Positions 1 through 9,667 of a stretch of DNA of 64,000 bases are shown piece after piece. The position numbers and the translations under genes were made by a program. The notes below the pieces were generated by a model. That model was not told the DNA's origin. It ran no database searches and saw only the letters and a program-made list of their open reading frames with translations. Origin of the DNA: an uncultured bacterium (GTDB lineage Bacteria > Patescibacteriota > Minisyncoccia > Moranbacterales > UBA2206); contig CAIZXS010000020.1 of assembly GCA_903937035.1 (NCBI GenBank), positions 3,443 to 67,442 of the forward strand. The letters are read 5' to 3'. Within the stretch, counting starts at the first letter, position 1. Every line of letters begins with the position of its first letter.

Positions 1-397
1 CATCCGAGGACATGGCTACGCTAGACCACTCACGATTAGAATCTTTAGCTGTCCAGGTGTTCCCCGTATCACTAGAGATATAGATTTTATCATTATACGC
101 GACAGCTGTTTGGACTGAACCGTTTGAAGACATGGCGATACCCCTCCATTCGCGACTATCCCCTTTCGCTGTCCAAGTCTGACCAGAATCAGCAGAAACA
201 TAGATTCTGTCACCAGCTGCAACAGCTGTTTGAATTAAACCGCTTGAAGACATGGCGACATCTTTCCATGTGAGACTAAGCCCCACTGCTGTCCACGTAT
301 CACCGATGCTGCAAGTTGCGCCAATTGCCGATCCAGCGCTAAGAAAAGATAATGAAATTAAAAGACACAAAACAGGAAAGCTTTTTATTTTTATCAT
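1..397 (-). CDS. secreted BNR/Asp-box repeat protein (5'-complete, runs off the window start)
   Basis: Reverse translation from ATG at 395-397 gives a signal-peptide-like MIKIKSFPVLCLLISLSFLSAGSA, then S-x-D-x-G-x-T-W Asp-box motifs roughly every 40 aa (YVSADSGQTWTA, YISSDTGNTWTA). The DNA has ~120-bp tandem periodicity. It is absent from the ORF track because it has no in-window stop; track ORF 16..222 is an off-frame artefact. Confidence 0.6.
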   Translation of the reverse strand, partial: MIKIKSFPVLCLLISLSFLSAGSAIGATCSIGDTWTAVGLSLTWKDVAMSSSGLIQTAVAAGDRIYVSADSGQTWTAKGDSREWRGIAMSSNGSVQTAVAYNDKIYISSDTGNTWTAKDSNREWSSVAMSSD

Positions 398-453
398 TTT
401 TCTATTTATAATAAAATTATTTTGACTAAACATTGTTATCCAGACCAACAATC

Positions 454-945
454 CTATTTATTGAATTCCCCACCTTCAACTGAAACAGAAATTATATCAA
501 CTCTCTTGGTCAAATTGTCATATTCAACCTTTGCAAAATCACCAACTCGCAAATCAGATAGCTTTTTTCTTTCTATTAATCCCCCTTTCCCCATGAAAAA
601 TACCGAGGTTGCTTCAGTCGTTTTGAGAGAAACTGTCGGACTAGTACCATCTTTTATCAACTTTTTGAGCGGGCTACTATCATTCGCAATCACCAAACTA
701 TCACCCTTAATCGTGCTTATCACGCCAATCACCGCTAACTTGAGTGACTCAGAAGCATCCCTATTCTTCGTCAGATTTTCCTTTAGAAATGCACCCGTCA
801 AAGCTCCGCTCATATTTCCACGACTCCTTTTTTTTACAAAAAGCACAGCCGCCACAAAAACAGCTATGATCAATAATAGCAATAGAACTAGTTTCTTTTT
901 ATCCATACTTTTTATCTTTATTTTATATTTATCGTCTTGTCTCAA
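454..945 (-). CDS. small membrane-anchored protein of unknown function (paralogue of 12367..12798)
   Basis: N-terminal TM segment KKLVLLLLLIIAVFVAAVLFV (ATG at 945 or internal MDKKK near 906). C-terminal LRVGDFAKVEYDNLTKRVDIISV matches LKKGDLVKVTYDKTTKNVLMISV of ORF 12367..12798. The antisense ORF 422..973 was rejected. Confidence 0.55.
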   Translation of the reverse strand: MRQDDKYKIKIKSMDKKKLVLLLLLIIAVFVAAVLFVKKRSRGNMSGALTGAFLKENLTKNRDASESLKLAVIGVISTIKGDSLVIANDSSPLKKLIKDGTSPTVSLKTTEATSVFFMGKGGLIERKKLSDLRVGDFAKVEYDNLTKRVDIISVSVEGGEFNK

Positions 946-1046
946 ATTTTATTACAAAAATATTTCCAACTAAAAAAAGAAAAGCAACAATCAAAAAGAC
1001 TTATATTTAGCTAAATTATACTACGCTAACCCACTTATGACAACTG

Positions 1047-2057
1047 CTATAATCCAGCTTTTTTCTTATTTACAAGATGTTCTTCATACGTCTTAGCATA
1101 AAAAGTCTTCTTATCCACACCCTTTCCAGCTGTTAGAAAGAAGGAATAATCTGATTCCTCTGGATGGACTACTGCTAAAATTGCTTGCATCCCTGGATTA
1201 GCGATCGGTCCTGGCGTCAAGCCCTTAGTGTTATATGTATTATATGGTGAGATTATCTTGGTCTGCTCGTAAGTGTGACTATCAATAGTATCATCTAGAA
1301 AATATGACAGTGTCGCATCACTTTGTAAGGACATATTAATCGCTAACCTATTTTCAAAAATACCCGCTACAATTTTCATGTCCGCTGCCGTTGGCACTTC
1401 TTTTTCCACAATGCTAGCTAAAATAATAACATCCCTAAGTTCTTTTTTTTGCCTCCCTATTTCCGCCAAAATCGAATTGTCAATCCTATTTTCAAAATTA
1501 TCCAACATCTTTTTTATGATATTCTCCGCCGTTAACTCTTTTTTTAAAAAGTAGGTATCGGGGAACAAATAACCCTCAAGACTGGTAACTTTTTTGTCGC
1601 TGAGAAATGCATAGCGAGTGCGAAAACTTTCCGGAACATTACTCACTAGTTGCATAAATCCTTCGCTATCGAAACTATTTTTCTTGAGGAGCCCTGCCAT
1701 ATCGCGCGCAGTCAAACCTTCGGGAAAAGTAATTTTCACAGCTTGCGCTTCTGGGTTAGTGATTACATGCGCAATCTCAGGAATGCTTAAATTTCCACTT
1801 AGCATATATACCCCAGGCATAATTTTGTCCAGCAAGTGATTCGTATAGAAATAGTAATAAAAATATAATTCATTGGAAATAATTTTTTTGTCGAGCAAAT
1901 TAGCTGCAATCAACTTATTCCCCTCGCCCCTCTTAACTTCAAAAATCACCACCTGATTTTGCACCCCACGCGAATAATAAACCTGATTTCGAAAATAAAA
2001 AAAGCCACCAAAAAAGAGGATTAAAACGATTGCTAAAAAAAATATTATTTTACGCAT
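1047..2057 (-). CDS. mltG: endolytic murein transglycosylase MltG (YceG-like)
   Basis: N-terminal TM anchor and YceG-like core including the GLTPGPIANPG motif. Confidence 0.8.
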   Translation of the reverse strand: MRKIIFFLAIVLILFFGGFFYFRNQVYYSRGVQNQVVIFEVKRGEGNKLIAANLLDKKIISNELYFYYYFYTNHLLDKIMPGVYMLSGNLSIPEIAHVITNPEAQAVKITFPEGLTARDMAGLLKKNSFDSEGFMQLVSNVPESFRTRYAFLSDKKVTSLEGYLFPDTYFLKKELTAENIIKKMLDNFENRIDNSILAEIGRQKKELRDVIILASIVEKEVPTAADMKIVAGIFENRLAINMSLQSDATLSYFLDDTIDSHTYEQTKIISPYNTYNTKGLTPGPIANPGMQAILAVVHPEESDYSFFLTAGKGVDKKTFYAKTYEEHLVNKKKAGL

Positions 2058-2061
2058 TTGC

Positions 2062-2679
2062 TTAATTACTAATTAGAGGCACGAAAGAAAAGCCAGGATA
2101 TTCTTCTTTGGCAAATTCTTCCTCGCTTTTTTTCTCAAGATAGATCAAATTATTCCGAATTGGGATCACCAGCTTACCCCCGATTTTTAGTTGTTTTTTT
2201 AGTTCTTCCGGAATCTCTTCTGCTGAAGCCGACACCAATATTCGATCAAATGGGGCCTCGGAGGACAAGCCAAGGCTACCATCCCCAAGAACCATCTTCG
2301 CGCGTCCATCTTTAATGTATTTAAATTTATCCACGTTATACTCCCCCATCTCGAGCAATCCCGCCTTTCTCTCCACAGCAAAAACCTTTCCTTTTTCACC
2401 GACAATATATGACAAGAGCGCTGTTGACCAACCAGAACCAGAGCCAACATCCAAAACCTTGTGTCCTTCTTGAGGGTCAAGGAGCTCAAACATTAAAGCC
2501 ACTGTTGATGGTTGTGAAATTGTCTGACCATGGCCAATCGGCAAAGCCACATCGGCGTCTGCTTGCATGACAAACTCTTCTGGTACAAATTCCAGTCGAC
2601 TTATTTCTGAGAAAGCATCAACGGTCCGACTAGTTCTCAAACATCCCTTCCTAACCAGGTCATTTACCAATTTACTCAT
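2062..2679 (-). CDS. pcm: protein-L-isoaspartate O-methyltransferase
   Basis: GHGQTISQP and SAM-binding VLDVGSGSGW motifs. Confidence 0.85.
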   Translation of the reverse strand: MSKLVNDLVRKGCLRTSRTVDAFSEISRLEFVPEEFVMQADADVALPIGHGQTISQPSTVALMFELLDPQEGHKVLDVGSGSGWSTALLSYIVGEKGKVFAVERKAGLLEMGEYNVDKFKYIKDGRAKMVLGDGSLGLSSEAPFDRILVSASAEEIPEELKKQLKIGGKLVIPIRNNLIYLEKKSEEEFAKEEYPGFSFVPLISN

Positions 2680-2742
2680 ATATAAAATTCCCCTTTGTAA
2701 ATTTAACTATTCGTTCTTAATAGAAGATTACCAAAGCCCCAT

Positions 2743-3183
2743 CTAAAGCCCCATCACCTGAACGATTATCTCCCTTGTCCTTGCACCATCCATTTCTGCC
2801 ATAAAGATATTTTGTTTTGCGGTAATCATCATATGCCCCTTTTCAATCGGCAAGGTTTCACTAATCCCGAGAAGCATCACTTTGCAATGTGAATGACCAT
2901 TGCTCCGACCATCGGATTTATTTTTCTTAGCTAGTTCAAATAGATCATGAGAATAACGATCTTCAACTGGTGCTATGCGACATAGGACGCGCATAAAATC
3001 CTGAATTAACATCGACTCATTATGATTAACAAAAATTCCTGTTGAAGTGTGTGGGGAATAAACAAGAACCGTTCCTTCTCTCACACCGGACAAACCAATA
3101 ATTTCTTCTACTTTACTTGTGATGTCTATTATTTCTATACTGCTAGAGCTTTTTATTTCGATTTTTTTGCGATAAATTTTCAT
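2743..3183 (-). CDS. YjbQ/UPF0047 family protein (secondary thiamine-phosphate synthase-like)
   Basis: YjbQ-like sequence (VYSPHTSTGIFVNHNE ... HMMITAKQNIFMAEMDG). ATG at 3183 (MKIYRKK) preferred over the TTG-initiated track start at 3216. Confidence 0.7.
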   Translation of the reverse strand: MKIYRKKIEIKSSSSIEIIDITSKVEEIIGLSGVREGTVLVYSPHTSTGIFVNHNESMLIQDFMRVLCRIAPVEDRYSHDLFELAKKNKSDGRSNGHSHCKVMLLGISETLPIEKGHMMITAKQNIFMAEMDGARTREIIVQVMGL

Positions 3184-3193
3184 TATATTTGTC

Positions 3194-4318
3194 TTATTTT
3201 TTAAAAACATTGGCAACTTTTTTCACAACATTTCTATCCAACGCTCTTGGTATTATTTTATCACGAGTCGGCTTTTTTATCAAACTAGCAATAGCATAAG
3301 CGACTTTAATTTTATGCTCCTCGGTTATTATTTTCACTCGATTATCCAGAACTCCTCGAAAAATCCCCGGGAAGGCCAGAACATTGTTGATTTGATTGGC
3401 ATAATCGGAGCGACCTGTCGCCACAATCCATGCTCCGCCCGCGAATGCTCTTTCTGGCATAATTTCCGGCACCGGGTTAGCCATGGCAAACACGATTGAT
3501 TTCTTAGCCATGTGGGTAATATCTTCTTCAGTGAGAATGTTCGGCGCTGAAACACCAATGAACACATCCGCGCCAGTCAGCGCGTCGCGCACATTCCCCT
3601 TAGCATTTTCCGGGTTAGTAATTCCAGCAATTTCCATTTTTGATCCATTGAGGCCCCCAGCTCTTTCTTTATAAATAATGCCCATACGATCCAGCATAAT
3701 AATATGTTTCGCTCCAGCTCTAATGAGAAGCTTCGCGATTGCCACCCCTGCCGCGCCAGTTCCGGAAATAACAATTTTGATTTTCGCCAAATCTTTTTTG
3801 ACAACGTTGAGTGCATTGATAAGTCCGGCGAGAACTACAATAGCTGTTCCATGCTGATCATCATGAAAAACTGGAATATCCAATTCTTTTTTCAATGCTT
3901 CTTCCACATCGAAACAACGTGGAGCAGAAATATCCTCAAGGTTAATTCCGCCGAATGTTGGCGCTAAATATTTTATTGTTTTTATAATTTCTTCCGTATC
4001 TTGCGTCGCAAGCACAATCGGAATTGCATCCACTCCGCCCAGTTCTTTGAATAGAAGCGCTTTTCCTTCCATCACCGGCAATGCCGCTTCCGGACCAATA
4101 TTGCCCAACCCCAAAACTGCCGAGCCATCAGAGATAACAGCCACGGTGTTTTTGCGGATAGTATAACTAAAAGATAATTTTTTATCTTTCGCAATCGCTT
4201 TTGACACTTCCGCAACACCCGGAGTATACAAAACCGCCAGATTTTTCTCTGTCAGTTTTTCCTTGCTCCGAATTTCTATTTTGCCGCCGATTTTTTTGGA
4301 AAGCTGGATTGAATTCAT
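3194..4318 (-). CDS. NAD(P)-dependent malic enzyme (short, MaeB-type)
   Basis: Malic enzyme signatures: TPGVAEV, VISDGSAVLGLGNIGP, and the NAD-binding ISGTGAAGVAIAKLL. Confidence 0.85.
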   Translation of the reverse strand: MNSIQLSKKIGGKIEIRSKEKLTEKNLAVLYTPGVAEVSKAIAKDKKLSFSYTIRKNTVAVISDGSAVLGLGNIGPEAALPVMEGKALLFKELGGVDAIPIVLATQDTEEIIKTIKYLAPTFGGINLEDISAPRCFDVEEALKKELDIPVFHDDQHGTAIVVLAGLINALNVVKKDLAKIKIVISGTGAAGVAIAKLLIRAGAKHIIMLDRMGIIYKERAGGLNGSKMEIAGITNPENAKGNVRDALTGADVFIGVSAPNILTEEDITHMAKKSIVFAMANPVPEIMPERAFAGGAWIVATGRSDYANQINNVLAFPGIFRGVLDNRVKIITEEHKIKVAYAIASLIKKPTRDKIIPRALDRNVVKKVANVFKK

Positions 4319-4324
4319 AATAGT

Positions 4325-5035
4325 TTATGATAAATTTTTTATCTTTTTCATCTTGTAACATAATATACCAATATCCGCATACTGATTCACTAATAAAGGA
4401 TAAAACTTCTCTCCTTGCAGCTGCACTTCCTGAAAGTCCTTTATCCTACTAAGATAATTCGCATTTTTTGTAACTTTAATTTTTCCATACACATAAAAAA
4501 TCTGCTTTGGATTACTACTGCATTTTTCACCATCCATGTTTTCAATGAAGTTCTTAACTATGTCCACTGCCTTGCGCACTGCAATTTTTCTATTTCTATT
4601 TTTCATCCCAAACTCCAATTCCACCGCATTTTCAACCACACCACCAAGGGGTCCTCTGGGATTTGGCCACAACAAAACTCTATCCAAATTTAAACTGCCC
4701 ACCGGAAAATTTTCAGGCAAATGTTTCTTGGGAATAATAATAAAATCATCATAGCCTTCTCGCGCCTCATGGAGATCAATTACAAACTGATATTTTTGGG
4801 CGATTGATAAAATCTTTGAAGCTCTCCTTTTTTCGTATGAAGAAGCGAGTTTATCTCCTGGATACGCTCGATTTAGGTCAGTATCTAAAAAACGAACGTT
4901 TCTCTTTTCTGCTCGAGGATTAGCTATTATAAAATCAAAAGATGCTTCATAGCCTTGCTTCAACAGCTCGTCAATAACTTCAATTCCGATTTTTTCATCA
5001 CCATGAGTCGCAGCTATGATGAGTATTTTTTTCAT
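4325..5035 (-). CDS. succinylglutamate desuccinylase/aspartoacylase (AstE/AspA) family zinc hydrolase
   Basis: N-terminal ATHGDE zinc-binding motif and family-like length. Confidence 0.65.
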   Translation of the reverse strand: MKKILIIAATHGDEKIGIEVIDELLKQGYEASFDFIIANPRAEKRNVRFLDTDLNRAYPGDKLASSYEKRRASKILSIAQKYQFVIDLHEAREGYDDFIIIPKKHLPENFPVGSLNLDRVLLWPNPRGPLGGVVENAVELEFGMKNRNRKIAVRKAVDIVKNFIENMDGEKCSSNPKQIFYVYGKIKVTKNANYLSRIKDFQEVQLQGEKFYPLLVNQYADIGILCYKMKKIKNLS

Positions 5036-5042
5036 ACAAAAA

Positions 5043-5966
5043 CTATTTCAATTTAAGCATCTTATACGCCCCGTTCGCCGCCACAGCGCCTTCTGAACAG
5101 GCCGTTAAAATCTGGCGAAATTTATTTGATCCAGTTGTAATGTCCCCTGCTGCAAACACGCCCAACACATTCGTACTCATATCTGCATTCACTCTGATAA
5201 ATCCCTGTTCATCTGTTTCCACGCCCAGTCTTTGCGCCAATTCCACACCGGGATCCGATCCGATTTCCACAAAGACACCATCCACTTCGAGATACGTCTT
5301 GTCATTGTAGGTATTATCCAAAATTATTTTTTCCACTTTCTGCTCACCCTTGATTTCAATAATATTAGTATTTTTAATCACTTCGATTTTTGGGTTCGCC
5401 GCTATTTTATCCAGCCACACTGGTTCCGCTGGTAAACGGTCTCCGCGATAGACTAGATAAACTTTTGACGCAAAATCCGTAAGCCCTAAAGCTGATGTCA
5501 CCGCCGCGTTTCCTCCACCCACAACGCAAATGACTTTTTCTCGGAAAAACATCGCGTCACAAGTTGCGCAATATGAAACACCCTTGCCGGTCAGCTCCTT
5601 TTCTCCAGGAATATTCATCTTACGATACTCCGTTCCCATTGCCATAATCACAGCGCGCGCCTTGTGAGCATTTTTTCCTGTTTCAACTTCAAAAACATTT
5701 TCTTCATTTTTTTTCACAGAGACCACCGATTCGTTTTGTGGTGTAATTCCAAGGTTCTTAGTATGCTCCACAAACCGAGAAAGCAAATCAAGTCCCGAGA
5801 CAGACTTGTCCCCCGGCCAATTTTCCAATTGCCGTATTTCATTAATTTGCCCGCCAATCGTCGCGCCCAAAAGCAAATGATTGAGTTTATAACGCGAAGC
5901 GTAAATCGAAGCAGCAAGACCAGCTGGTCCCGCGCCAATAATAATTAAGTCGTATGTTTCTTGCAT
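5043..5966 (-). CDS. trxB: thioredoxin-disulfide reductase
   Basis: FAD motif DLIIIGAGPAGLAA, redox-active CATCD and NADPH-binding GGGNAA. ATG at 5966 (MQETYDLIIIG) preferred over the long track ORF to 6059. Confidence 0.9.
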   Translation of the reverse strand: MQETYDLIIIGAGPAGLAASIYASRYKLNHLLLGATIGGQINEIRQLENWPGDKSVSGLDLLSRFVEHTKNLGITPQNESVVSVKKNEENVFEVETGKNAHKARAVIMAMGTEYRKMNIPGEKELTGKGVSYCATCDAMFFREKVICVVGGGNAAVTSALGLTDFASKVYLVYRGDRLPAEPVWLDKIAANPKIEVIKNTNIIEIKGEQKVEKIILDNTYNDKTYLEVDGVFVEIGSDPGVELAQRLGVETDEQGFIRVNADMSTNVLGVFAAGDITTGSNKFRQILTACSEGAVAANGAYKMLKLK

Positions 5967-6192
5967 AATGATATTTTGAGAAATTCTATTTATATCCCCT
6001 TCTCCATTAGGGAGAAGGTGTACGAAGGGCGGATGAGGGAGAAACCTTTTGATAATCAACCAGCAATATTCATATAGCTTTTCTTTTTTATCAACGCCCT
6101 TTTTCCCTCACCTGTCACGAGTACGTGACATCCTCTCCCTAAGGGCGAGGAGAATATCTTAAGCGAGATAAATTAAAACTTAGACTGTTTAG

Positions 6193-6248
6193 ATGAAACT
6201 TGTTTCATGTTTCATGTTTCATGTTTCATGTTTCATGTTTCATGTTTT
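6193..6248. repeat. heptanucleotide microsatellite (TGTTTCA)x6 with inverted 5' copy
   Basis: atgaaac-t-tgtttca tgtttca tgtttca tgtttca tgtttca tgtttca tgtttt, immediately 3' of the trxA stop and 5' of trxB. Confidence 0.7.
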
Positions 6249-6561
6249 ACGCCTTCTCCAGCGCCTCCTTCAAGGTCTCCTTCGCCTGCATTCCCACAAA
6301 TTCCTGAACAACCTTTCCGCCCTTGAAGATTTTAAGTGCTGGGATGGACATAATAGAAAATTCTTGCGCTGTTTTGGAATTTTCATCGACATTGATTTTT
6401 CCCACTTTAGCTTTTCCATCAAATTCTTTGGCCAATTCTTCGATAATTGGACCCATTGCTAGACATGGCCCACACCAAGGTGCCCAGAAATCCACCAAAA
6501 CAGGCTTATCACTTTTTAAAACTTCCGCCTCAAAATTTTGATCCGTCAAAACTAGTTCCAT
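6247..6561 (-). CDS. trxA: thioredoxin
   Basis: WAPWCGPC active site. ATG at 6561 (MELVLTDQNFEAEV) preferred over the TTG-initiated extension to 6579. Confidence 0.9.
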   Translation of the reverse strand: MELVLTDQNFEAEVLKSDKPVLVDFWAPWCGPCLAMGPIIEELAKEFDGKAKVGKINVDENSKTAQEFSIMSIPALKIFKGGKVVQEFVGMQAKETLKEALEKA

Positions 6562-6701
6562 AAAAATATAACTTATCAATTGCAGTCTTTACTGCAAAGA
6601 ATAAGTGTTAATTAAAAAATTAAAACGTTACGTTGTTAGTCACTTGTTCACACATTCACATAAATTCGCCTGCCTGCCGGTAGGCAGGTAATTCGTAGGG
6701 A

Positions 6702-7415
6702 TCATGCCCCAAACCTCCTCTGCCTCCTCATATATTCTTCAAGCGCCTCCTCAAATTTCACCTCATCAAAATCAGGAAATTTTTCAGGTGAAAAAAATAG
6801 TTGCGCATCAGCCACATCCCACATCATAAACCCTGCGCTATTATGTGGCTCCCCTCCGGTTCTAATCATATAATCCACAGACGGAATCTTAGCTGTCATC
6901 AGATTCTCTTTTATCATTCCCGCTGTGATCTTCACGCCTTTTTCATATTTAGCACGAATTTTTTCAATCGCATAAAGCATCTCGTCTGTTCCTCCATATG
7001 CTAACATAAAGTTTAGCATTCGTTTTTGGTAATTTTTTGTTTTTTCAATTACTGCATAGATTATCTGCTTTAGAGAATCTGGAAATTGCTCCTCCCACCG
7101 CCCGATAAAATTCACTTGAACTTCATTTTCATAAATTTCCTTTCCCTCCAACATTTTCTTGAAATAATGTTTATAGATATTCAGCAGCGCTTTTTTTTCT
7201 TCCAAAGGCCGTTTTGTCAGATTATCAATAGACGAGCCCCAGATGGAAAGACATGCGATTCCTTTTTTGAGAGAATAACTGATTATTTTTTCAAAATTTT
7301 CCGCCCCAGCCTCATGCCCCTTCCATGGCGGAAGTCCCCTTTCGCACGCCCAACGCCGATTAGCATCGGGAATGATTGCAACATGCTTTGGCAAATTTTC
7401 CAACGTTTTTTCCAT
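6702..7415 (-). CDS. uppS: isoprenyl transferase (undecaprenyl-diphosphate synthase)
   Basis: HVAIIPDANRRWA signature and cis-prenyltransferase fold motifs. Confidence 0.9.
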   Translation of the reverse strand: MEKTLENLPKHVAIIPDANRRWACERGLPPWKGHEAGAENFEKIISYSLKKGIACLSIWGSSIDNLTKRPLEEKKALLNIYKHYFKKMLEGKEIYENEVQVNFIGRWEEQFPDSLKQIIYAVIEKTKNYQKRMLNFMLAYGGTDEMLYAIEKIRAKYEKGVKITAGMIKENLMTAKIPSVDYMIRTGGEPHNSAGFMMWDVADAQLFFSPEKFPDFDEVKFEEALEEYMRRQRRFGA

Positions 7416-7424
7416 AGTTTAATA

Positions 7425-8513
7425 TTACACTTCTCTTTTAATGATATATTCCGCAATACCCTCTAGAAATTTCTTCGCTTCATTATTCTTAAATTCAATA
7501 TTCTTCAAAGCCGCGAGCGATGTCGCAACCAGCTTCTCGGCTAATTTAAGTGAATAATCCAGAGAGCCAGTTTCTCGAATAATATTTCTAAAATCCCCGA
7601 TCTCACTTTCCGTCAGATCTCTTTTCCCAAGCAACCTTTTTATCTCGCCAACTTGTCGCGCGTCTCCATTTTGAAGAGCCTTAAAAACCAATAACGTTTG
7701 CTTTCCTTCTATTATATCAGCTCCCACAGATTTGCCTAGCTTAATCTCATTCCCAAAAATTCCCAAAATATCATCCTGAATCTGGAATGCCTTTCCGACT
7801 GGCAATGAATAGGCTGAAAAAGCATCAAATAGCTCAGTATTCTCGTGTCCCGCCAAAATACAGCCAAAGTGCAACGGCCCCTCGAAAGTATAGCGCGCGG
7901 TTTTTCCCTCATGCATTCGAATTATTTCTTCTTCGGTAGATGACCCTCTTGCTCCCATCAATATATCCAACATCTCCCCAGGAATAGTATGTGAAACAAT
8001 TTTTTGAATCTTCCTTAAAGCATTTAGGATTATTTCTGGCGTGAAATCTATATCGTACAGAATTTCATTAGCCATCGCATGCGTATAATCCCCTGCTGTA
8101 ATTGCCATGGAATTCCCAAAATGCACCGCTTCGCCTTCCTCAAGCTTCAGTTTTTTTCCCCAGGACCTATAGGTCTCATGAACCGTCTCAATTCCATGAC
8201 GAGTATCATCACGATCAATAATATCATCGTGAATAAGCAAAAACGCATGCGCTAACTCAATTGCCATCGAAGCTTCAACTATCTTTTCGCTATCCTCTCC
8301 TCCTCCGGCAAGATAGCCATAATAAGTCAGTGCTGGACGCAACCTTTTTCCACCAGAAAGTACAAATCGCTCTATGATTTCCAATGTCCTTACAGCTAAT
8401 GGGTCAAGTTTCTCTGCCTGCGCCATCTTTGATGATAAATACACTCTTAAAAAAGGATCCAACCGCTTTTTATACGCTTTCAACATTTCGATAGCTTGCA
8501 GATTATGTTCCAT
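7425..8513 (-). CDS. polyprenyl diphosphate synthase (trans-IPPS, IspA/IspB family)
   Basis: Aspartate-rich motifs LLIHDDIIDRDD and FQIQDDILG. Confidence 0.85.
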   Translation of the reverse strand: MEHNLQAIEMLKAYKKRLDPFLRVYLSSKMAQAEKLDPLAVRTLEIIERFVLSGGKRLRPALTYYGYLAGGGEDSEKIVEASMAIELAHAFLLIHDDIIDRDDTRHGIETVHETYRSWGKKLKLEEGEAVHFGNSMAITAGDYTHAMANEILYDIDFTPEIILNALRKIQKIVSHTIPGEMLDILMGARGSSTEEEIIRMHEGKTARYTFEGPLHFGCILAGHENTELFDAFSAYSLPVGKAFQIQDDILGIFGNEIKLGKSVGADIIEGKQTLLVFKALQNGDARQVGEIKRLLGKRDLTESEIGDFRNIIRETGSLDYSLKLAEKLVATSLAALKNIEFKNNEAKKFLEGIAEYIIKREV

Positions 8514-8641
8514 TCATTTACTCTTTAATGTTATTATCCACTACAACAAAATCAGAGCCTGATTTTACAACTATACTATAATATACAAGCAAAATCATCA
8601 CTTGTCGAGCAACTCCTTTTGTCTATGCGATTAGCTCAAAT

Positions 8642-9406
8642 TCACCGCAAATAATGCTCAAGTGTAAAAATCCAATTCTCATCATTTCCCTCACCCTGAT
8701 CCCTTACCCTAATTTTTTCGTTCAAAAGCCATTGTAGATAGCCCCGATCACGCCTGGCAACATCCGCCACACTCACACCAACATATTTCCCAAAATTAAA
8801 CTTCTTAACTAAAATTGGGCGAGAAGATATGTCTAACATCTCCCCAATTAAAGCCACCTCATCTTTCCCTTCAATCAACATTTTTTGAAAATAGTAATCA
8901 AACAATTTTTGGAGAACTCTAATATCTCCCAATGCATCATGCGCCGGGGCATCTAGTACTTCTAGGTCGTGGTAATAGCGCAAATACTGAAGAGCATATT
9001 TAGGAATCTCACCGCTGACATCAAAATATTGCGCCAACTTGAAAGTATCAATCATTGATTTCGGTTCCAAATTTTCCCGCCTGAGCATTTCTGCATCAAA
9101 CCCAACATTGTGCGCCACTAAAATATGTTCTCCGGAAAAAATTTCTGCTAAATGTTTTCGCATCTCAGAGTCGATAAAAGGCTCCTTGTCAGCCACCATT
9201 TTATTGGTAATATGCGCCACAGCCATCGCATCGACACCAATAGGAACAGGCGGTTTAAAGAGAGCTTCTTTCTCCAGTCCTTGAAATTTATACGCTACTT
9301 GGCATAAACGATCATCCGGTCCAATGCCAGTCGTTTCTGTGTCTAAAAAAATTAAGTGCGATTTGTTCATTGTTTTTCGAAAGTTATTATTTACTTGCAA
9401 CCTCAT
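8642..9406 (-). CDS. DEDDh 3'-5' exonuclease with ExoX-like C-terminal domain
   Basis: FLDTETTG exo motif I, HNVGFDAEML motif II and HDALGD motif III; C-terminal KFNFGKYVGVSVADVARRDRGYLQWLL. The start may be the internal ATG at 9370 (MNKSHLIFLDTETTG). Confidence 0.7.
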   Translation of the reverse strand: MRLQVNNNFRKTMNKSHLIFLDTETTGIGPDDRLCQVAYKFQGLEKEALFKPPVPIGVDAMAVAHITNKMVADKEPFIDSEMRKHLAEIFSGEHILVAHNVGFDAEMLRRENLEPKSMIDTFKLAQYFDVSGEIPKYALQYLRYYHDLEVLDAPAHDALGDIRVLQKLFDYYFQKMLIEGKDEVALIGEMLDISSRPILVKKFNFGKYVGVSVADVARRDRGYLQWLLNEKIRVRDQGEGNDENWIFTLEHYLR

Positions 9407-9476
9407 CCATTATGCCACATTATTTCTCAGTAGCAAATCAAAATAAAAAAATCCCAAGCAACTTGGGATTTTTTCT

Positions 9477-9497
9477 ATTTGTAGCCTCAGGGGGAAT
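9477..9497. repeat. partial duplicate of the 3' ~21 nt of the tRNA-Glu-like gene
   Basis: gtagcctcagggggaatcg at 9478-9497 matches gtagcctcaaggggaatcg at 9667-9686, with one A/G difference and one extra g. Confidence 0.5.
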
Positions 9498-9564
9498 CGT
9501 TCTTCATCCGTCTTTCGGCGTGCCTACGGCACATGCTTCACTCCTCCCTCAGAACCTGGGCTCT

Positions 9565-9592
9565 TAAAAAAGCAAAGCGGTTTGCTTTTTTA
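9565..9592. terminator. bidirectional intrinsic terminator
   Basis: aaaaaa-agcaaa-gcgg-tttgct-tttttt: a 6-bp stem flanked by an A-run and a T-run, downstream of smc and the tRNA on the minus strand. Confidence 0.55.
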
Positions 9593-9667
9593 ATTTGCCC
9601 GTCCGACTCTATAAAAAGTCATAGACCGAAAAACTCTTTGATTACAACTGCCTTTGAAAATAATACG

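Noticed and set aside
16-222. 68-aa minus-strand ORF
   Set aside because: Out of frame with the long BNR-repeat reading frame that starts at 397 and runs off the window edge.
422-973. 183-aa plus-strand ORF overlapping 454..945
   Set aside because: It is antisense to an ORF with a clear TM anchor and a paralogue at 12367..12798; low-complexity translation with no motifs.
9478-9560. Possible second tRNA or tmRNA 3' domain
   Set aside because: Only the last ~21 nt match the tRNA. There is no complementary acceptor 5' strand and no GGGG partner for the T stem, so it was treated as a partial duplicate.
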